Below are positions 58,658 to 64,000 of a DNA stretch of 64,000 nt, piece after piece. The translations under genes and the position numbers were made by a program. The DNA lies in contig CAZLRV010000007.1 of NCBI GenBank assembly GCA_964562175.1, positions 3,071 through 67,070 on the forward strand, written 5' to 3'. Under the pieces are notes generated by a model, which was not told the DNA's origin, searched no databases, and was given only the letters and a program-made list of their open reading frames with translations. The stretch is from an uncultured Lachnospiraceae bacterium. GTDB taxonomy: Bacteria > Bacillota > Clostridia > Oscillospirales > CAG-272. Each line of letters begins with the position of its first letter. The stretch's first letter is position 1.

Positions 58658-59605
58658 TTATATAACTTTCTTTATTTTCCCAAACAATTTCGGTGATATC
58701 TTATATGAGATAACATATATCCTTGCACATGACGGAAAATACTTGCTATGCCATTTTTTCTTTGCGATATCATACAGCAACTCATCACTTCTTCGTTTAT
58801 AATTCAAAGAATCATTGGCAAGATATCTTATCAATATTTTATAAGCTCTTCTGCTCAGTTTTTTCTCGTTATTAGCGGCAAAAAACTCTGCTCGCTCATA
58901 CATAACCGAAAACCAGTCTTTTTTAAATTCGCCGCCTCTTGTATTCATATAGCTACTCAAGTTGTCGTAATATGCGTACAGCACTTTGTCGGAATAAGCG
59001 ACCCGACACGCAGAATAATAGATTTTGTACAAAGTAGCCTCATCCTCATAGCGTCGTCCCACCGGAAAAGGATATTTATGTATAATTTTGCGTTTGAACA
59101 GCTTTACCCACGGCGTGACAAATTGCATAAACCGCATACCGTCAAGAAGCTTTTCGCACGCCTCCTTACCATTGATTATTTTTACGTTGTTCTCACTATC
59201 GGAGGCAAAATCACAGCTGTCATCTGAGGTCTTGTTAAAACCCGCTATTGCAACATCGGCATCGTTGTCGAAAAGCAGCGAATACAGATACTCAACATAA
59301 TCGGGCGATATATAATCGTCCGAATCGACAAATGTCACATACTCGCCATGCGACCTCTCCACGCCGATATTGCGTGCCGCCGATACACCGCCGTTTTCTT
59401 TATGTATTACAACTACCCTGCTGTCCGCTCTTGCGTACTCATCACACATTTCCCCGCAGTTATCGGGTGAGCCGTCATCGACAAGAATAATCTCAATATT
59501 TTCATATGTTTGAGCTAAGACACTGTCAACACATCTTTTCAGGTAATTCTCTACCTTATATACGGGAATAATTACAGATACCAACGGGAACTTTTCTTTT
59601 TCCAT
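58658..59605 (-). CDS. family 2 glycosyltransferase (tandem paralog 3 of 3)
   Basis: Same GT-A motifs. The C-terminal tail IYVISYKISPKLF is shared with the other two paralogs. Confidence 0.9.
   Translation of the reverse strand: MEKEKFPLVSVIIPVYKVENYLKRCVDSVLAQTYENIEIILVDDGSPDNCGEMCDEYARADSRVVVIHKENGGVSAARNIGVERSHGEYVTFVDSDDYISPDYVEYLYSLLFDNDADVAIAGFNKTSDDSCDFASDSENNVKIINGKEACEKLLDGMRFMQFVTPWVKLFKRKIIHKYPFPVGRRYEDEATLYKIYYSACRVAYSDKVLYAYYDNLSSYMNTRGGEFKKDWFSVMYERAEFFAANNEKKLSRRAYKILIRYLANDSLNYKRRSDELLYDIAKKKWHSKYFPSCARIYVISYKISPKLFGKIKKVI
59273..59545 (-). repeat. near-identical DNA tract shared with 58316..58588
   Basis: See the partner tract. The offset is 957 nt. Confidence 0.8.
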
Positions 59606-59611
59606 TTTATT

Positions 59612-60487
59612 TTACCTATCATGAAATTTATCCGAAAGCTTGTTTTTTACATACAAGACGCCGCTTATGAGGGTATATATGGGTTTGCTTTGAATAAGCT
59701 TAGCCGACGCTCTCTTGTTTTTGCACATAAGTCGTGCCGCCTTTGCCTGACACACGTACAGACCGTACCGCGTTTTATTGGTTGAGAAATGCAAGATATT
59801 ACACTGCGTAAACTCATCGACATCAAGTCTGCCGGATACCATATTCGCCTTGACCTTTTTTGCCGACGGATACGCCATGCATTTACCGTATCTCGGCTTT
59901 ATCGCACATTTAAATCCGTTTATCTCCATTCCCAAAATCAAAACGGGATCGTCACGCAATCTGCCATTCAAGAAAACAAGCTTTTGCTCTTCCTTGTTTT
60001 CCTCCAAATAGTCGCAGATCTCCATACAATCGTCATACATTTTCGCACATTTTTCGCCGTTTCTGATGAACATATATCCGGGATTGAATATCGGTATCTT
60101 ATCCACCGGATATTTTTCTTTTATCTTGTCGGAATACCAAACGCCGAGCCGACCGTCATTCCAGCCGAATGCGGTAAAATCGTCCTCGCCCGATAGCATA
60201 TCCCAAAACTCGGATATATTTCTGTATACCAAGCAATCGGGTTCGATAAAAATGTTTTCATCATATGGGCAATCGACAAGAAGCCTGAGCTTGTCTCTAT
60301 AACCCGAAAACGTATTCGCCAGCACGACCACATCGTCAAATTCTCTTGTGTATTCGTTTTCCCTATCGCAAAGTATTGCCATTCTCTCATCGGGATTTCG
60401 CAGCTTAAACGAGTACAGCAAATTAAGTGCCATTTTGTAATACTTGACATCCCCGACCGCAAGAGTGACGAAGCCGCGTTTAATCAT
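59612..60487 (-). CDS. putative GT-A fold glycosyltransferase (GT8-like)
   Basis: N-terminus FVTLAVGDVKYYKMALNLLYS and an acidic IEPDCLV motif resemble nucleotide-diphospho-sugar transferases. It overlaps the upstream ABC ATPase stop by 8 nt. Confidence 0.45.
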   Translation of the reverse strand: MIKRGFVTLAVGDVKYYKMALNLLYSFKLRNPDERMAILCDRENEYTREFDDVVVLANTFSGYRDKLRLLVDCPYDENIFIEPDCLVYRNISEFWDMLSGEDDFTAFGWNDGRLGVWYSDKIKEKYPVDKIPIFNPGYMFIRNGEKCAKMYDDCMEICDYLEENKEEQKLVFLNGRLRDDPVLILGMEINGFKCAIKPRYGKCMAYPSAKKVKANMVSGRLDVDEFTQCNILHFSTNKTRYGLYVCQAKAARLMCKNKRASAKLIQSKPIYTLISGVLYVKNKLSDKFHDR

Positions 60488-61745
60488 TGCCCTGCCTCAA
60501 ACACGGCAACACCGCATATCCCCAGTTGCTGAACCAATGGTTAAGATGCTTTGAATTGTCCCCATGCTCAACCGAAAACCTCATACACGTTGCTCTGTCA
60601 TGGAAGAGTATATTGCCGCTGTTATCCTCATCGTAAAGTATGAAATCCACCGTATATTTGCCTGGAACGAGGAAAGAAGTATCAAACGTCAAATACGCTT
60701 CGTTTTCGCCGCACTTATGCTCAAGCTCCCCCGCAAATGTAACTCCCACGTCATCCGTTTGAAGCGTGTTGACTATCGCCTTAAGCATTACACGTTCTGT
60801 GCTGTCCTCGCTCGTCCAATTCATCCTCAGCTTCATTACCTCGCCGTACTCGAAAACATTTACTTCTTTTCCGAGCATTTCGACGCTTTTAATCAAATGC
60901 CGGCAACTGCATTTTCTATGACGCTTGAAACTTGATACATCGAAAAATGTTCTGTCATCAAGTGCGTTGTTTGCCATATAAACACGTATCGCATTATCAA
61001 CGTCACCGTCGTATATAAGCTTGCCGTGCGACAGCACTATGCATCTTTGACAAAGATTTTTTATAGTACTCATGTTATGACTGACATACAGTATCGTCCG
61101 TCCGCCCTCCTCGGAGAGCTGTTTCATACGGTTTATGCATTTATTTTGGAAATTTACGTCACCTACGGCAAGCACCTCGTCCATTATCATTATCTCGCTG
61201 TTAAGGTGCGAAGCGACCGAAAATGCCAGCTTGACGAACATACCGCTTGAATAACGCTTAACGGGCGTATCTATAAACTGTCCGACCTCCGAAAACTCCA
61301 CGATCTCGTCAAAGCGCTCCGTGATTTCCGCCTTAGTCATACCGAGTATGGCACCGTTGAGATAAACATTTTCACGTCCCGTAAGCTCATGGTGAAATCC
61401 CGTTCCGACCTCAAGCATACTCGTTATTCTGCCATTCATGTATATGGCACCCTCTGTAGGTGTCGTAACACGCGATATCAGCTTCAAAAGTGTGGATTTT
61501 CCCGCACCGTTGTGACCGATAATACCGAGTGCCTCACCTTTTTTTACCTCAAAGGAAACACCGTCAAGTGCCATGAATTTTTCATTTTTGGCATACACCT
61601 TTTGACCTATTTTGAGGTTAGGGTCTTCTTTATGTCTGACTCTTGCATACCAGCTTTGCAGATCTCCCTTAAGCGTGGCGCCGCCTATGGCACCCAAGCG
61701 GTATTGCTTTTTTACGTTTTCAACCTTTAAACTTAACTCATTCAT
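60480..61745 (-). CDS. polysaccharide/teichoic-acid export ABC ATPase (Wzt/TagH type) with C-terminal substrate-binding-like domain
   Basis: Walker A GHNGAGKST, signature YSSGMFVKL, Walker B IMIMDEVLAVGD, and a ~170-aa beta-rich C-terminal extension. ATG at 61745 follows GAGGTG. Confidence 0.85.
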   Translation of the reverse strand: MNELSLKVENVKKQYRLGAIGGATLKGDLQSWYARVRHKEDPNLKIGQKVYAKNEKFMALDGVSFEVKKGEALGIIGHNGAGKSTLLKLISRVTTPTEGAIYMNGRITSMLEVGTGFHHELTGRENVYLNGAILGMTKAEITERFDEIVEFSEVGQFIDTPVKRYSSGMFVKLAFSVASHLNSEIMIMDEVLAVGDVNFQNKCINRMKQLSEEGGRTILYVSHNMSTIKNLCQRCIVLSHGKLIYDGDVDNAIRVYMANNALDDRTFFDVSSFKRHRKCSCRHLIKSVEMLGKEVNVFEYGEVMKLRMNWTSEDSTERVMLKAIVNTLQTDDVGVTFAGELEHKCGENEAYLTFDTSFLVPGKYTVDFILYDEDNSGNILFHDRATCMRFSVEHGDNSKHLNHWFSNWGYAVLPCLRQGND

Positions 61746-61763
61746 TACACTCACCTCTGCCGA

Positions 61764-62633
61764 TCAAACGGTATCCATAAATGTTTTTTCCGTTTTCGAG
61801 AACAGAATAACTCCGAAAAACAGAAAAACAAGGGTGGTGATCCAGCTTATTCCGTAATACATCCAATCTATTTTTCCACAGCCGATATATGCGTATCTGA
61901 AAATATTGATAATAGGGGTCACGGGATTGAGCATATAAATACCATACAGCGTGGCGTTGTCCATGATAGCGGATCTTGAAAACATATCATATGCAACGGG
62001 TGAGCAATACGACCACAGAGAAACACCGAAGCCCACAAGCATTACAAGGTCCCTGTATTTCGTTGTAAGCGAGGAAATTATCGTACCGATGCCGAGACCG
62101 AGCAATGCCATTTGTATAAGCAAGATCGGTGTCATCAGAATAAACCAATTCGGATGGACATTTTCCCCGGTAAATACGAAAAATACCAAAGCACATACCA
62201 AAAATACGAATTGTATAAAAAATGATATAAATTGTGACAGTGTCGATGCTATCGGCATTACAAGGCGAGGGAAATATACCTTGCCCATAATTCCGGAATT
62301 TGAGGTAAATGTGCTTGCCGAATTATTCAAGCAACCCGAAAAGAGATGCCACATTATGTTACCGGAAAGATAAAATACGAAATTAGGTATTCCGTTTGCT
62401 CCGAGTCCGGCAATATCGCCGAAGAACAGCGAATACACCACCGTCGACATGAACGGCTGTATTATCGCCCAAGCCGGTCCCAATATCGTTTGCTTGTACG
62501 CCGCAACGAATGTTCTGCGAACAAACAGCATTATCAAGTCTTTATACTTCCACAGTCCCTTGATATCAACATCGAACCATCCGGTCGAAGGCTTTATCGT
62601 CACATCCCAATTTTTTACTTCGTTCTTTTGCAT
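61764..62633 (-). CDS. ABC-2 type polysaccharide export permease (Wzm/TagG type)
   Basis: 289 aa with 6 TM helices, and the typical N-terminal cytoplasmic segment FVRRTFVAAYKQTILGPAWAIIQP. RBS GGAGAG. Confidence 0.85.
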   Translation of the reverse strand: MQKNEVKNWDVTIKPSTGWFDVDIKGLWKYKDLIMLFVRRTFVAAYKQTILGPAWAIIQPFMSTVVYSLFFGDIAGLGANGIPNFVFYLSGNIMWHLFSGCLNNSASTFTSNSGIMGKVYFPRLVMPIASTLSQFISFFIQFVFLVCALVFFVFTGENVHPNWFILMTPILLIQMALLGLGIGTIISSLTTKYRDLVMLVGFGVSLWSYCSPVAYDMFSRSAIMDNATLYGIYMLNPVTPIINIFRYAYIGCGKIDWMYYGISWITTLVFLFFGVILFSKTEKTFMDTV

Positions 62634-62663
62634 TTACTCTCCGTTAAATGATATTTCTTATTT

Positions 62664-63941
62664 TCAATTATCTGTTTCGCTTGCAGAATAACGCTTGACG
62701 ATTTTTGCCGGATTGCCTGCTATCAGCACATTGCTCTCGCTAAAGCTATGCGTTACAACGGCTCCCGCACCAATTATCACATTACTGCCGGTTATGTGTA
62801 CATTCGGCAATATGATCGCTCCGGCACAGATCCAACAATTATCGTAAATGCATATACATCCGCTTTCCAAATGCACCCGTTCGCCCGTTTTCATAAATCT
62901 TTCAACATCGTAACCGGCAGAGACAATCATCGCATTAGCCGATATCGTCACGTTATCACCGATAATTACCGATTGTCGTGAATTTATATACACACCTTCG
63001 TTTATACAGCATTTGTTTCCTATCGTAAGATTTTCAATACCGATTATCTTAGGCTTTCCGAATACGGAAAGGTTACCGGCACAATACTTACATTTTTTGG
63101 CAACCGTTCGCGCCTCGGCTACATTTGCTCTGTATATCCTTGAATTCTCTATATTTTTTCTTATTTTTTCAAAGATTGATATTTTTTGCTTTTTTTGATG
63201 CACAGACGTGCCGTCAACCGACTCATCGTACACTCCCAAGTTATCAAAATCAACTTCGATTCCGTATTTATCAAAAAGCTCCTTGTTTTTCGGTAGCCAC
63301 TTTCGTTTTGTTATTCCATACCCTCTTTCAATAGCATCATAATACTCAAATATTATCGGATAGGCGTTATTGTACTGCAAGACCTTCTGAGGAAATTTTC
63401 GAGAGCGTTTTGAGGCATTGACCTCAAATTCCCATATACTTTCATTATCATCGATAATATTCAATAAATAATTTTTTCGATATATAGCCGCCATGGCTAC
63501 TATTCTCACAGTTCCGGTAACGCAATCTCGGGAAAAGTACTTTTCATCAAATGCCGTTTTTTGTTTTTCCGTATGCCTGCAAATAATTACGCCTACATCG
63601 TCGTTCTCTTTCATATATTCAAGCATCTCGTAAAATGAATCGGAATTTACTTTTGATTGCAGAAAGCAATCCTCAAGCATAAAAACAACATAGTCGCTTT
63701 GTATCGTATTCAAGGCATATTTGATTCGCTTTCCCCACGGCATTTTTTCGTCAGGATGTACCGCTCTAACATCAAACAGCTCGGTTTTATAGTCCTTACT
63801 CTCGGTGTTAAGTACAAATCTATACGGACAATCCGACCACTGTATCTTAAAGAGTTTAAAGAACGGATCCCACGCATCCTCATACATATCGCAGGTATTT
63901 ACCAATATTGTAACGTCATCACGGCAATTGTAATTCTTCAT
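62664..63941 (-). CDS. fusion protein: N-terminal nucleotide-sugar-transferase-like domain + C-terminal hexapeptide-repeat (LbH) acetyltransferase
   Basis: The N-terminal half (VTILVNTCDMYEDAWDPFF..., MLEDCF) is GT-A-like. The C-terminal ~140 aa show imperfect hexapeptide periodicity (IGDNVTISANAMIV, ICAGAIILPNVHITGSNVIIGAGAVV). Confidence 0.6.
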   Translation of the reverse strand: MKNYNCRDDVTILVNTCDMYEDAWDPFFKLFKIQWSDCPYRFVLNTESKDYKTELFDVRAVHPDEKMPWGKRIKYALNTIQSDYVVFMLEDCFLQSKVNSDSFYEMLEYMKENDDVGVIICRHTEKQKTAFDEKYFSRDCVTGTVRIVAMAAIYRKNYLLNIIDDNESIWEFEVNASKRSRKFPQKVLQYNNAYPIIFEYYDAIERGYGITKRKWLPKNKELFDKYGIEVDFDNLGVYDESVDGTSVHQKKQKISIFEKIRKNIENSRIYRANVAEARTVAKKCKYCAGNLSVFGKPKIIGIENLTIGNKCCINEGVYINSRQSVIIGDNVTISANAMIVSAGYDVERFMKTGERVHLESGCICIYDNCWICAGAIILPNVHITGSNVIIGAGAVVTHSFSESNVLIAGNPAKIVKRYSASETDN

Positions 63942-64000
63942 TTATTTTCAACCATAAAATATATTATTTGCGCAAAACAATGTACGGCATATGCATATTA

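Overview
This is a chromosomal segment from a spore-forming Clostridia-type Firmicute, probably Ruminococcus/Oscillospiraceae-like, judged from spoIIP-gpr, a type I dockerin, low-GC SD sites and many near-consensus sigma-A promoters. I saw no transposase, integrase, CRISPR array or rRNA.

Gene order, left to right:
- spoIIP-gpr.
- A CitA/DcuS-type two-component system divergent from a small PQ-loop (SemiSWEET-like) membrane protein plus an SGNH-like protein.
- A four-domain flavodiiron protein and a LysR regulator, the latter divergent from a second PQ-loop paralog.
- nadA / nadB-nadC-niaR, driven by two back-to-back consensus promoters.
- An msmK-like ATPase plus a secreted TIM-barrel glycosidase-like lipoprotein, with a cytoplasmic paralog 4.4 kb away.
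- tex, a pseudouridine synthase preceded by an unannotated 32-aa ORF, and pheA.
- An amino-acid ABC importer, ugd, and CIRCE-hrcA-grpE-dnaK-dnaJ-prmA.
- An orphan binding lipoprotein and hpf.
- An accessory surface locus: a TetR regulator, an 1817-aa sortase-anchored beta-helix protein with a 114-bp tandem array encoding zinc-knuckle repeats, and a GH73-like peptidoglycan hydrolase carrying a dockerin. It lies beside tRNA-Arg(CCT) and decayed ORF fragments.
- A GH78 rhamnosidase.
- A zinc-ribbon membrane protein behind a long structured leader that ends in a terminator.
- ahcY, nth, rarA, an Fe-S aldo-keto reductase, and a CAT/E2-like acyltransferase coupled to a mini FNT channel.
- A Wzm/Wzt (ABC-transporter-dependent) glycopolymer locus with three tandem mosaic GT2 genes.

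The most unusual items are the giant modular surface protein and its repeat array, the structured leader at 48.6-48.8 kb, the regulator-paired PQ-loop paralogs, and the homogenised GT2 triplet. All functional calls come from reading motifs by eye. No database search was run.
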